The translations under genes and the position numbers were made by a program. DNA of 55,305 nucleotides, the filler included, from Catajapyx aquilonaris (lineage: Eukaryota): NCBI GenBank assembly GCA_000934665.2. It is 4 parts of 4 records of this genome, joined end to end, with 100 filler letters (N's around TTAATTAATTAA, not from the genome) between each part and the next. Parts side by side here need not be neighbours in the genome. Positions count along the whole stretch, not along the records: positions 27,718 to 41,473 come from JYFJ02008004.1; positions 41,574 to 55,305 come from JYFJ02008005.1; 2 more parts are not named here. The stretch is one strand, 5' to 3'. Of this stretch, positions 36,601 through 48,883 are shown piece by piece. A model generated the notes under the pieces. It worked only from the letters and a program-made list of their open reading frames with translations. It made no database searches and had not been told where the DNA came from. Numbering within the stretch: position 1 is the first letter of the stretch; each line of letters starts with the position of its first letter.

Positions 36601-39600
36601 CATCAAAAAATCGGATATGTAAATTTCTATAAATTCTTTAATTTTAAATAATTTATGCATCAAAATGGGACAAAATTTTCAAAAAAGTCAAAATGCGTAT
36701 TTTTTAAATGTTTGAGGTAGATTGGGCTCCCCACACCCTTCAAATCGGGTGGTCGAAGACGTACGTAGCTCAATATTGGTTCAAGAGATATGACCTATTT
36801 ATGATACCCCTATTTTCCGAAAAGGCTGAAAAGGCCGTTTAGGGGGGGGGGGGGNNNGTACCGCTCAAATGGTATTCTTCTGGGACGCAATTAAACTGAT
36901 GTGCCTCATTTTGTCTCGATCTGACAATCCAAGAGTCAGGGGCATCGGTGAATTGGCATGGAATTGGCATTCTATTGTAAAGTACCAGTCTTCGAGCTCC
37001 TCTGGTCGACATGCGATGTCCCTATTCAGAAGCCAGGTCCTGGCCCGATTGTGCCAAATAAATTATAACAGAGGTAAATTCTTAACATTGTAGCCGTGTA
37101 TGAGTTTCGTGGTTAATATTTTAGTCTTTGTACTGCATTATTTGATACTAAAATAATTAGATTTATTTTGTACTCCTGATTTGGTTACTTCTACACGTCC
37201 TAACTTCCAGGTTTTTCCCAAATAATCCGGAGGACAATCCAGAAAATTCGAAGGAGGGCCTATCACGATGCTGCTGAGATATCTATAATTACATACAACA
37301 AAGCGAGCAACGAAGTGTATTTGCATAGTTTTCTATTAGTCTATTTCATTATTTACACATTAAATGTGTGAGTTTACATGTCATTCAAATCACGTGAACT
37401 GGAAACTATTCAGACACATGCTTGGACTGTCCTGCAGATTGAGGTGGTGGCCTACTACTAGTTTCCTTTGTAGTCTGTTAATCTGATGAACTAGGACTAC
37501 TAGTCAAGTGATATTAAGAGCAACAACTTCCAAAAGAAAATCAAATTTTCCACATTATTATTTGTACTCTTCAAATCCAACTTTAAGTGGGAAAGTGAAC
37601 AAATATATTCTTACCAATCGCCCGGGACAGGTTGAGCACACCATTCACACGTCCTTTGGGCGTGACCCACCCTCCAGCCAGGACTATCCTCTTCCTTTCT
37701 AGAGTGTCCAGGGGTTTGTGGTCGATGGTCATATCAACCGCTTTACCCTCACAGCTCATCACACATCTTGAGTCACCCGCGTTGGCCACAAAGAGATCAT
37801 TTCCCCGAAGTAAGGCCACAACAGCTGTGCATCCTGAATCTCTACCAGGCATCTTCATCTTCTGGCGCTGCTTAAGATGAACAAGAAAAGAGGTAGCAAA
37901 GGGATCATTCTTGGATGATGATGGTCTCTGTTCTTCTCTCTTGGAGGAGGAAGGCATGTCTCCAGAACTACCATCCTCTCCCTCACACTTGGCTTCACCA
38001 CTGCCACCAATATCAACATTCTGGTCACCATTTCCTATCTCATCAGGGGTTTTTATGAGCTTAACATTCAGAAAGGATGATGACGAAGAAGTGCGCTCAG
38101 CACTTGCGCAGAAAGTCACGATATTGGATGATGGTGGCTTATCCCCATCTTGGCTCTTAGAGGAGGAAGGCTGGTCTCCATCACTGCCATCCTCTCCCTG
38201 ACAATAATTGCCTTCACCAATTCCACCAATATCACTATTCTTGCCTCCATTTGCAAGATGATCAGATACATGTTTTGGTATTGGAGCTGTAAGCTGCTGC
38301 TTAGCCTTGAGAAATGACGATATTGGAATGCCTTCAGGGCGTCGATACAGTGTGATTACTGGCTGCCCCTTGGATGATGGTGGCCCCTCCCCACCATCTT
38401 TCTTGGATGAGGAATTTTGATATCTATTATGGCCATCATCAACTCCACTTATGTTCATGGCCATCAGATCATGGTGGGAAATCTGTGCTTCCTGCTTCCT
38501 GCTGTCGCCTGAAAAGGACGAAAAGACAGTACGTTGAGACAACCTTGGAGACAACCTCATGACTATCTCAGTATAAGTCATTTGAATCTTCATAATTTAA
38601 ACCAAACAGATAATGCTTGGGCATAACACTAACACAGATTCACGACAAAATGATGCCGGTGATAAATTATTATCTGAATGTACACAAAAAATTGACTGTG
38701 AACAATGTCATGTGTTTCAATTATTTTCAATAAACATTGGTGAACATTATAAGTCAGTGGTGTCCAGTAGTATGGCACATACAAACATCTTTTGATAACA
38801 ACTGATGTTACAGACTATAGTTTTATGACAATGTTGCCTGTGGGATGAACCAATCCCACTGTGGCGTCCCAAGGCAAAAGGCAGTATCTGCACGTGTAAA
38901 AAGCAGTATTTACAAAATTGTCTGAAGGAGTTATGTCACCTTTGAAATATGTCTTCCGTTGAATTCGGCGCTAAAACATACATGTGCCATCTTATTTTCA
39001 TTTAGGTAGCTCTTACTGTATGCGAAAAAAATCCTGTTGAACTTCAAGTGCCTTTTTCTCGGAACCCGCATTAAGTCCAGACACTGCCTTTTGACTTTGG
39101 ACGCCACCACTACAAAACTGACCAGGAATAGTTGTGCAAGACCACATATTGGCATGTGCCAGGCATATTTTCATATGGAATTTTCATGCAGGAAGAGGTT
39201 GATTATGATTAACCTACCTATGTCTTATCACTGCAGAGCTACAAATCTTTCTGATCTAATTTGAATCATTCAAATTAAAATAAGTAGTTTTTAAGCGGTC
39301 TTCGGCGTATGCTTCCTTAATGGCTCATGTTAAATCTTACAAGCAAATGTTGCTATTAGAATTTAAATTTCAGTTAGTTTAAAGACAAATTAAGAAATTG
39401 CCATATTTCTGTTGAAACATTTTGAACTGCAGATGTTTTCTTACTGTTAGAGCCATAGCTTCTAAGTTGAGCAGTGTTGGTGCAGTATTTTCCAAACATA
39501 TTGAAACTATTCTGGCAGATTAGGCACCAATGTCTCTTAGAGGTACATCATAATAAATTACCGTCTTCATATTCATGAGGCTCATCCATGATTCCTTCAA

Positions 39601-40374
39601 TGTCCTTCAGCACCTGGATAACCTCCTGAGTGGTCAAGTTGGGATAGTTGTGCAAGTCCAGTCGTATTTGCATGTGCCAGACATATTTTCATATTGAATT
39701 TTCATGCAGAAGACTGTATTACCTGTATGTCTTATCACTGCATAGTGTGCAGTGATAAGACATACCGGTAATACAGTCTTCTGCATGAAAATTCACAGCT
39801 ACAAATCGTTCTGGTCTAATTTGACTCGTTCAAATTCAAATAAGTAGTGTTTTGGCGTATACTTCATTAATGGCAAATGCACGGCAAATGTTAAATGCAA
39901 ATGTTGCTATGTATTAGAACTTAAGTTTCAGTTAGTTTAGAGACAAATGAGGATATTTTGGCATATTTCTGTTGAAATATTTTGAACTGCGGATATTTTC
40001 TTACTGTTAGAGCAATAGCTTTTTAATGGAGCAGTATATTCTAATCATATTGAAACTAATCTGGTAGATTAGGGATCAATGTCTCCTAAGCATAAATAAT
40101 TACCATCTCCTGCATGCTCATGAGGCTCATCCATGACTCCTGAAATGTCCTTTAGCACCTTGATGACATCTTTTGTGGTTAGGGTGGCATCAAAACCCAG
40201 AAATGAATGCTCCAGGGCAAGGGAAAGGTTGCCTTGCTTGTACAACTCAGACCCGATTATGAACTGAGGTAGCTGCTCGGCACAGTAGGTTGCCACCTCA
40301 TGACCATTGTGGCCGTCATATACGGCAAATAGAGACGTGTCCTGGGCGTAGTCTAATGTGACATTGTGGGCATC
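33685..40374 (-). CDS. PPM1G: PP2C phosphatase, PPM1G-like; exons 40104-40374, 37615-38508, 34220-34440, 33685-33963; first exon not found in the contig
   Basis: DAH...[98 protein letters not shown] junctions with consistent phases; long insert at the PPM1G position. Confidence 0.9.
35450..35990 (+). repeat. About 150-bp degenerate tandem repeat (about 4 units) in the PPM1G intron
   Basis: CCAGA(T/C)ATGTT...GAGTTTCA...ATCACCGAATGCAAG recurs near 35457, 35606, 35755 and 35896; related single unit at 41574-41730. Confidence 0.7.
39150..40185 (-). repeat. Tandem duplication (about 500 bp) including the 3' end of a PPM1G exon
   Basis: 39150-39640 parallels 39668-40185; the copy reads [25 protein letters not shown]|gtaatt. 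Confidence 0.85.
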
Positions 40375-41148
40375 CTGAAAAATAAAAGTATGTAAAAGAA
40401 GATGACATCCTAGATAAGTTTAAAAAATGAATAACTTCTGTTAATATTGATATGAATTAGGCTGTAGCTTATCTTGCATAACTATTTAAGTTACTACTGA
40501 ATAAGTTGTGCAACACACCACTTCACCACCAATTTTTCTATAAACTGAACATATGCACAGGAAACAATCAGTAACCTGGTGATATCATTTGATGATCTGT
40601 ATACTTATTTTAAGGGCGATAGCCCTTAAGTAAGACCGTAGCATAGATTTCAACAATGTTTCAACAATGAATTTTTCCTACTTCTTCTTGTTCTTCTTGT
40701 TACGTTTTTTAAATTCGCCCTAACTCAAGTTCTGCTGTAGGTAGAGCCTCCAAATTTTGAACACAGGTCCCCACCGTCGTGACTTGATTTCCTACCATTT
40801 ACACTTTTACTTAATTCCTCTTCAAAACGCCGCAAAAAATTTAAAACCACCAAAAAATACGTCTCTATTTCTTTGCTCAATAACTATTCGGAATTTGGTT
40901 TCTTCATCAAAGGGCCTAAGGTGCAGTGGGATGGTGCGGATCTATGTTCAAAATCTCACAGTTCCCACTGCTACAGGATTGGAGCTGTGATTTTTTTACC
41001 TCTTATTTTTTCTGTCATTACTTCATTTGTTCATGACGCCATCACCTAGAAACGTCAATACTTATTTACCACCTCGCCATATTGTTATTAGCCAAATGTT
41101 ACCCTGCCGCTGCGCTGGTGTGAACGCATTTCACGTATTGCAGATTTA

Positions 41149-41473
41149 CAGTTGAATCCGGATATAACAGCATCGGCTATAACATACTTGGTTATAAAGG
41201 CTGCCCCGGCATGCTTCCATTAGGCACTGTGTATTTTCACTCCTGATATAACAGACTCATTTTCACCTCACCTCGGGTATAACAGACCATTTCTTGGGCC
41301 CTCGGTGGGAAAATATTGTTTTCCAGGTATACAATTTGCAAAAGGGAGACGGCAGAAGGAAATTTCGGATTTTTTGGTCCTGCATAATTTTCGGGTGAGC
41401 CAATATTGCATTTGTGACAGATTTCATTAATCGGTATGTAGTCTAGTAGTGCATAGTGCAGCCACATTGAAAG
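41149..41473 (+). mobile_element. pogo/Tigger-type element left end
   Basis: TA|CAGTTGAATCCGGATATAACAG; same family as 6900-7036. Confidence 0.6.
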
Positions 41474-41573
41474 NNNNNNNNNNNNNNNNNNNNNNNNNNN
41501 NNNNNNNNNNNNNNNNNTTAATTAATTAANNNNNNNNNNNNNNNNNNNNNNNNNNNNNNNNNNNNNNNNNNNN
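41474..41573. other. Artificial contig spacer
   Basis: N run with central TTAATTAATTAA. Confidence 0.97.
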
Positions 41574-42376
41574 TCTGGTAGTTATGGAAACCCTGCGAAA
41601 TGGACCACCACCGGGGTGGGTCATCGTGGCTCCACGTCCAGATATGATCAGAAGTGTCCAAAGGACAAGTGTACCGAGTTTCATACTTTTGTCACAAAAT
41701 GCAAAGTTCAACCCCTTAGCACCCGGACTAGTAGCCTACTGGACGCGTGCAACATGTCGGTTGGATAATGCCAGTCCGAAACTTTTTTTTACATACGGTA
41801 TTGTACATATCAGACTATTTAGACCTTTTCCCATTGAACGACGGCTATGTCCTGTCTGTCTGTCCGTCTGTGGACAGTTATNATCATGGCCTAGACCGAA
41901 AGCGATAGCGGCAAACGGTTTTAGGATTCAGATTCAGCGGACCCTAATTAGGTTCCAAGGTCAACTTCCGGCTATCTCCTTTTTCCGTGGTTCACTATAT
42001 CCGCCAAGGTCGAGTTACATGCAGATTACCTGTTGAATAATTTGGTAATTTCACAACAGGAAATGAGACTGACAACACTCAATGTCATATTGTCGTGCAA
42101 TGAGAATCGCGTCGTATCGGGTTTGTCTAGGTTTGTCCCGCTGTCCAATGAGAAAAAGTTTACTCGAATCACGCTCGTGTGATTATTTTTCTTCTATTGT
42201 TTACGCTAGAGCAGTGAAATACTCGCAGGAGATTGCTTAAAAAATAGAGCATACACGCTTAACAATAATTTATTATTTAGTGTTGCCAACGGATGTTTTA
42301 TTGCTTCTTGAGCCGAGTTACATCTGCAGGGTTGTGATTGTCGACATTTGATGAAGCTTCGGAGTGGGAGGCGCAG

Positions 42377-43050
42377 CTAAGCGATCTCGAAGTGAGAGCA
42401 GTGCCCGACGAAGACGCATTCCTGCAATAATCATAAAATGATTAATTTTTACTCGTTACGTGAAGTGGACACGACCACAGGAACCTTGCACATCCTGAGA
42501 AGGAAGCAGTCGGTGACACCCTTGTAGCCTGTGCAGTCAGTCGGTCCCGGATCCATGGCTGCACCATGCTGCTTCAAACAGTCGCTGGCTGCATTGTAAA
42601 ACTCGTCGTAGAACCGGCCCTTGTCCAACTGCGCCATGGACTTGACCAGGTCAAATTTTGGGTTGTACTTGCCATCAGGACCCAGCTGGTAATAATTATT
42701 GAACAGTGAATCACTGATGCTGCAGGTGGGTCGAGGCAATGAGACACTTACCACACTTCCCTCCGTCATCACGCACTTGGAGTAACACTGCAAAAGACAC
42801 ATAATTTCAAATTAACTTGTACGACACGCAGTATGCTCTTACATAGTTGAACTTGTCCTTGTTCCAGTGGGGCTCGCATCTTTCCACAATGTCCTCCCAC
42901 ATGGCTGGAATCTTCTTGGGCATCACGCACTCCTCCAATGCCTAGTTTGCAAGAATATTAGGCACTCCCCAACAGAGTGAGTACACAGCAACTTACTGAT
43001 GCAGAAAGAATGGCGCACAGAAGCACCAGGATCTCTCTGGACGGAGCCAT
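42377..43050 (-). CDS. Odorant-binding protein (Plus-C-like), 5 exons
   Basis: MAPSREILVLLCAILSAS|ALEECVMPKKIPAMWEDIVERCEPHWNKDKFNY|CYSKCVMTEGSV|LGPDGKY...AASDCLKQ...DCTGYKGVTDCFLLRMCK|ECVFVGHCSHFEIA*; signal peptide, C-x3-C and C-x8-C; GT-AG introns. Confidence 0.82.
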
Positions 43051-43372
43051 ATCTGGTGCCAGGTTGGCAGATTGGAATGGCCTGAATTGAGCCTGAAAAA
43101 CGCTGCCCTTCTGATCACATTAGGCACACAAAAAAGTCGTGCCAAATTATGCTCGCCTTTTTTTATGCACGCGATCTATCCGGAAGACACTCGTTTACTC
43201 CCCTTTCGTGTCATATTGCACGCAGAGCATGCAATGGGCAGCTTGCATCAGCATGAGCCATTATTTCAATTACGGGGTATATACATTTTACATAATGACG
43301 TGTTGAAATGAGTCGCTTTTGTTTTATTGTTGCATTGATTGTACAGAGATGTGCATCGCCACAGTGCGTGTC

Positions 43373-44272
43373 CTAGTGAATCGGAAGGTTCCGTATGGGA
43401 CACTCCTGCAGAGCAAAGAAAGGACAAATAATTATACGCTACGTGTGACGCGTGTAATGTTGGGTGTGCTTACTTGGTACATCTGGAAGATGCAGCACAT
43501 CCCCAGCATCCTGTATCCTTCGCAGTCCTCCTCCTCCGGCTGGACATCATTGTCTGCAATATACAATTATTACATAATGTGTTTGCGGTAAATGATTGCT
43601 TCTCAAAATAACCTGTTGCTGGGATAAACAGCCCACATGTTCTTTGCTCCTCATCTGCACTCAACCTTGACTCTAGTGACCTCTAGACTGACCTCTTATG
43701 CAGTTTTGCAGAGAGGCTTGAAGCACCCTGCGAAACTTTCCATCCGGCACACCCTCAAAGGTCACGTCCCAGTCAACGTCCTTCCTGGGATACCCTCCTT
43801 CGTCCAGCTGGAAATGTTAGGTCAGGTCAGCCTCAATCCGGACAGGAAATTCTGACATTGTAACCGTCTGACAATAATTATATCGCAATCTTTTGCCATT
43901 ATCTATAGTCTGTACTCACTATTCCGTATTCTCCCAGGAAGCATTTGAATTTGCACTGGAAGCAAAAGTTAGATGATGATCAGAAATTAAAATATTAATT
44001 ATGTATATGGAGAGAATGGGTCTCACTGTTTTGGAGTCGAACTTGCTGCATTTGATGGCGGTTGCTATCCACTTTGGAGGAGGAATCGGTTCCACGCAAG
44101 GTCCGTCGTCCAGTTGGTCCACGCTCAGCTGCTGGTCCTGCTGTAGCGGGGGGAGGTCAAAGGTTATGCAACAATGCAATGGCCAAACGCCAGGATAAAC
44201 ATGGATGCACGCACTCACCTGTGCCAGACAGTGCAGGAGCTGAATTAGCAGGGCAAATACCACCGCTTTCAT
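43373..44272 (-). CDS. Odorant-binding protein (Plus-C-like), 6 exons
   Basis: MKAVVFALLIQLLHCLAQ|...PCVEPIPPPKWIATAIKCSKFDSKT|CKFKCFLGEYGI|LDEGGYP...LQNCIR|DND...DCEGYRMLGMCCIFQMYQ|ECPIRNLPIH*. Confidence 0.82.
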
Positions 44273-45049
44273 TGTTGATATGGTCAACAATGACGTGACA
44301 AGCCGGTCTCCAGGGCTCTCTGTAACTGCTGCGGGTGATTTGCCGAGTGATTCGCGTAATTTGGACGCGTCTCACTCAGGGTCAGATGGCGACCAAAACA
44401 TGCCGATTTTTGCAACTATTGGCGGCAGGCGGATGCTGAGCTGTCCGGAAATGTCGCAACGTTTTGCGAAATTCCGCCTGCCTGTCACATGCCAAGAGCC
44501 AGATATCGGGTTTAAAAGCGCTGGCTTTGTGCTGGTGATGCAAGGTCACATCTTCTGGCTCCTCTTCATTTTTATTCAATCGAGTGCTTTTTGCATTGTT
44601 CATCATCATCGTCATCATGATTTTGAGTTTGTTTTTATTTTTACGTTCAACCAAGACATGCTTCTACTGGCCTTGTTGGGACCTCCTTACCTCCATGCCG
44701 TCTGTTTGTTGCTGTTGACCTGTTGAGACACTTGATGGTTGGTGCACACTAATTGCTGCCGCGATCAGATATTTCATTTTGAGTGACGGCTGGGCTTGAC
44801 TGGACGTGTTGAATGATTCAGTGATTGAAACAGTCTGCATCGGTCGTGTGCCTGCCATTCATTCTGGTAATTCCACGCTTCCCACTCAGCTTGCCACGGG
44901 TGACAGGAGAGTGAATCGATTCCTCTCGATGTGGGCGATGCATATTATGCTACTTAATAATCTCTCTTCCTTTCATGAGTAAGCGTTGATTGGCGAAATG
45001 CGCTCCGGATGCACAACGCTCGATCCCAACTAATCAGCCAATCCACACG

Positions 45050-47110
45050 TTAGATGAAATACTGATTGCACTGGAGGTTCCAAGCACAGTTCAATTGACG
45101 ACTGTATTCCTTCCACATCATTTCGGAAATGAAATTAAGTAATGAGAAAGCCAGTCCAGTCAACCAGATGTAGAATATGGCCGAGAGCTTGGTCCTGGTC
45201 AGCACTTCCTCAGCCTTTTGTGGGTTGTCCCTCTCCCTGGCTCTGATCTCCTTCAGTGAGCGGAGAAACATCAGGTGCATGTAATCTGCGTAGAATTTGG
45301 AAATTAAATCACTCTCGCTGGTCATCCTAATGTACTTCGCTGTCATGTAGAAGTGCATGGTCTGCCCCCGAGGGATGCCAATCACTCCGTAACTAGAGTA
45401 CTTCTGCTCTTCAGAGTACAGGATGGTTGGCTGTCCAGACGTGTCTCTGAAGCGGTAAATCTCTTGGTCCAGAAGGATGTTGACTCCAGCGCAGACCAGC
45501 TGCTCTTCTTGGGTCCTCTCCAGGCAACTCTGGACACTATCGGCCATGGTCATCTTCTTTACTATAGCTGTGTTCAGTGGATCGTCCACAAAGGAGAGGT
45601 ACTTTTGCAGGAGGAGGAAGTTGAGAAAGTCTGCTTTGATGGCCCAGCCCGAATCCACCAGTTCGAAGCAGTCCCGAGGGACAAACTCTCTGGGAGGGAA
45701 GGTGAGGAAGGAGACCATCTTGGCCTTGTAGCCAGTGACCACAACCATTGCGAAGAAGAGGAAAGAGGAGGCCAGGAAGAGAAAGCGGCGGGATGTGGGG
45801 AAGGGAACGGGCTGGTCTATCAGGTGTCTGGCCAGGACGTGGAGGGATCCCAGTGGAGAGAGGGGGACGACCTCTGACCCTCTTCCGGAGAGATGGCATC
45901 TGTCGATTCTGCTCATTGCGAATGGGACAAGAAGAAGGGTGGCTGCCATGGACACCCAGAAGGTGAAGCCGTAAGGCCTGTGAATGACCCTCCAGCTGAC
46001 CACTCCCCTGGGTTTCCTCGTAATGAATGTCCCGTGTCCATACACGTGTGGGTGAGGATGGAGGACATGCCTGTAGGTGTCCTCTGTAGTTATCATGAAG
46101 GCCGCCATATCTATTCTGCCCGAGATCAAATCCCCAGTGAGTCCCAGCCACGTCCCGTTGTCCAGGAGACGTTCGAACTCTCCATTTTTAGGCTCGCTCA
46201 CATGTATGTGGGATGTGCAATTGAATGACTTCTCAGCAATGAGATATAATCGCTCGTAATGAGTGAGGTAGACCTCCCCTTCCTCCTCCTTTTTCTTTCG
46301 GATGTAAGCCATATCAGCAGGAAACGTGTACATACCAAACACCGCCTCCTTTTTGTTCATCCCGTACTTATCATGGTTCCTGAAGAAGTTGTGTGCTTCT
46401 GATTTCTCTTGGCGAAAATGCCCGAGATTGATGACCTCCGGTTGACCTCCTTCCCCGCAGAAGAAGCAGGCAGTCTCCACTCTCATGGCACTTCCTTCCA
46501 TCCTGGTGGTAACCTTCATCCTGAGGGCACTGGCAGGGGGCGAGGTCATCACCCGACGGACCTCTCCCTCATCTGGATGGCCTGAGAGGAAGTGGACGAT
46601 GAAGCGGTCGTCGAGTGGACTGACCTTGACCTTGAAGGCGGTGGACATGACCATTTGAGGGAGGGAGGCCGGGGAGGAGGGGAGGAGGAGGTGGAGGGTG
46701 CAGGGGGAGGCTGACCAGGCGGAGGTCGCCAAGAGGTCAGGAGGGACGGTGGTGAAGTCCAGGAGGTCAGCTTCCTTCTTCAGCCAGGGGTAGTCCCTGA
46801 TGGAGTGTGGGAAGGAGGTCATCCGCAGGGAGAAGGACGGGAGGTACTTGTCCGACTGTTGCGAGAGGAGCACAGTCCAGACATCCTTCTGCAGACGGGA
46901 CACGGAGTCAGTGGACAGGACCAGACCGCAGTCCTTCAGGTCCTCCCTGTCCAGTGCATCCATGACCAATCGCGACACCATCCTTCCCTCTTCGTTCTCC
47001 GCCCCAATAGTCTTGAACCGAGACATGTTTCCAGCGTTGGAGGCACTGACGTTAAGTAGTCCGACGCCGATTGCGACGGAGCACAGGACAAGGACAGGAA
47101 ACCCTGACAT
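45050..47110 (-). CDS. Divergent ionotropic receptor (IR), intronless
   Basis: 686 aa with signal peptide; S1 NGTWLGLTGDLISGRIDMA; M1 RPYGFTFWVSMAATLLLV; M3 YKAKMVSFLTFP; M4 LSAIFYIWLTGLAFSLLNFISE. Confidence 0.93.
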   Translation of the reverse strand: MSGFPVLVLCSVAIGVGLLNVSASNAGNMSRFKTIGAENEEGRMVSRLVMDALDREDLKDCGLVLSTDSVSRLQKDVWTVLLSQQSDKYLPSFSLRMTSFPHSIRDYPWLKKEADLLDFTTVPPDLLATSAWSASPCTLHLLLPSSPASLPQMVMSTAFKVKVSPLDDRFIVHFLSGHPDEGEVRRVMTSPPASALRMKVTTRMEGSAMRVETACFFCGEGGQPEVINLGHFRQEKSEAHNFFRNHDKYGMNKKEAVFGMYTFPADMAYIRKKKEEEGEVYLTHYERLYLIAEKSFNCTSHIHVSEPKNGEFERLLDNGTWLGLTGDLISGRIDMAAFMITTEDTYRHVLHPHPHVYGHGTFITRKPRGVVSWRVIHRPYGFTFWVSMAATLLLVPFAMSRIDRCHLSGRGSEVVPLSPLGSLHVLARHLIDQPVPFPTSRRFLFLASSFLFFAMVVVTGYKAKMVSFLTFPPREFVPRDCFELVDSGWAIKADFLNFLLLQKYLSFVDDPLNTAIVKKMTMADSVQSCLERTQEEQLVCAGVNILLDQEIYRFRDTSGQPTILYSEEQKYSSYGVIGIPRGQTMHFYMTAKYIRMTSESDLISKFYADYMHLMFLRSLKEIRARERDNPQKAEEVLTRTKLSAIFYIWLTGLAFSLLNFISEMMWKEYSRQLNCAWNLQCNQYFI

Positions 47111-48118
47111 GGTTCACACTCAAACTGAGCTCTTCCTCTAGGTGCTATGTCTGCTAATTGATTATTTCATTGACGTCAGTCGATGGATTCCGAATTATTC
47201 GACTGCGTTATCTGCCTCAGTCGTACTCAGCAGTTAGCAAGTGTGAAACGGTCCCTTATCTCGAAACTTCTCGTGTAAATTAGTGCTACAGTGCACCACT
47301 TTCGAGCGATAACTCGGTATGGAATAGCCTTTAAATAAGTAACGAGGTGCATTTCGCTTAATCACTTGCGAAATTGGTGGCTGCAACTGTTCAACCCTGT
47401 TTCTGCGTAGGTTATCTTTACAGTGTGTGCAAAGCCTCCGGCACTTGAATAATTTACCAGACAACAATGCCACGTAGAGATAAAGCCTGTTGGAGTCAAA
47501 GGTGATTTCAATGACGTTCTTCAAGCACATGGTCCACTTGTTTTTAAACCAGAGAATTTGCCATTTTGGTCATGACACTTGAGACGGCGAGTAGTGACAC
47601 AAATTATTGCCCCATGTTCCTTCGTCATCAAAGATTTTCATTCATAGGGAAATGTGCAATGAATGAGTGGAATGAATAATTAAATATTTACCTCTGACAG
47701 TCACATACAGGTAACGACTCCTTCACCTATATAGGAAAGGACATGCATCATGCGTGGCTGGTTTTGTGCTCGAATTACGAGCCCTCAAAATTCTCGTTAC
47801 CATTTTGGTGGTAAATTTAAAACAGGTAAAACTGCTTCAATTTGGTTTTTATTATTGCAATTAATATTATGTGTGCAGCAGTTAATCTCTTAATCACGCT
47901 GTGGTGCAATTTGCTGAACATAAATAAACCTCCTTTCACTCGAGGAATATCGCTTATATAACAAGCAAATCTCTTCCTTACTTAATAGTGTAGATTATAA
48001 ATTTCGCTACAATTTTTTTTTTATTATATCAGGTGCACATAGGTGAGAACTTCTTGTGAATGACGTGCCTTGTTCCTAGTTTTCTTGGCCAATACCGTCC
48101 CGCATGTTTTTCAAGTGC

Positions 48119-48883
48119 TCACTCAATCATCTTATCCCATTCGGGACATTGCTGGAGAGAGAGAGAGAGATTTATGTATTTAAATAGCTCCTACTTGCGA
48201 CGATAGTTAATACACATGAGGCGCTCACCTCGTGAAATATTTTCCGGAAGCACTTTCCCATTTTGATGAACCCCGCGCAGTCTGGCAGCTTCCTGTTGAC
48301 AGTCTCTGCGAAACAAGTCAGGCATCAATGTCAGCAATTTTTCGTACACTTTGGGTCTGACTGTATACAACTGACCCCTTCCAGTCTTGGCGCACTTGAT
48401 CCAGACCGTCTGAAAGGCCTCCCTAGTGCCACCTTCAGGAAGAGAGGCGATGTTTTCTTCCACCTTGTCCTTATTCCACTCTCCTTTCTCGTTAAGCTGT
48501 AATGAATTATTTCATTAACCTTGTCATTAACAATGTGAAATGGAGCAGTGATGCCGGACTTACATTGCCCATCTTAACTCCCATGCAGTCAGCCACGCAC
48601 TGAAACATTATTATGACTGTTTAATGACGCAGTACATGATAATGATGATGTGACATGCAATTGGGCGAGAGTGTACCGACCAGTTTGTTTTGTCCGTACA
48701 GCTTGGAGCATTCCAACGTGATCACCATTATCGGATGGTCCAGAGGGAGACCCTGGCACTCACTCTTCACGCCCTCCTTATTGAATAACAACAAATTATT
48801 ATTATAGTCCTTTTTTAAATATAATTAACTCTGATTTGAATATTCACCAGAGTGGTGGCGAATAAGGCTAGGAGAAGCAGCAT
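48119..48883 (-). CDS. Odorant-binding protein (Plus-C-like), 6 exons
   Basis: MLLLLALFATTL|EGVKSECQGLPLDHPIMVITLECSKLYGQNKL|CVADCMGVKMGN|LNEKGEW...VWIKCAKTGR|ETVNRKLPDCAGFIKMGKCFRKIFHE|QCPEWDKMIE*. Confidence 0.85.

Noticed and set aside
45353..47141. Multiple ORFs overlapping the IR gene
   Set aside because: Antisense or alternate-frame shadows of a GC-rich coding sequence
47234..47530. P-element/THAP9-like C-terminal remnant (CTHCKDNL...IPS) on the minus strand
   Set aside because: Only a vague motif resemblance
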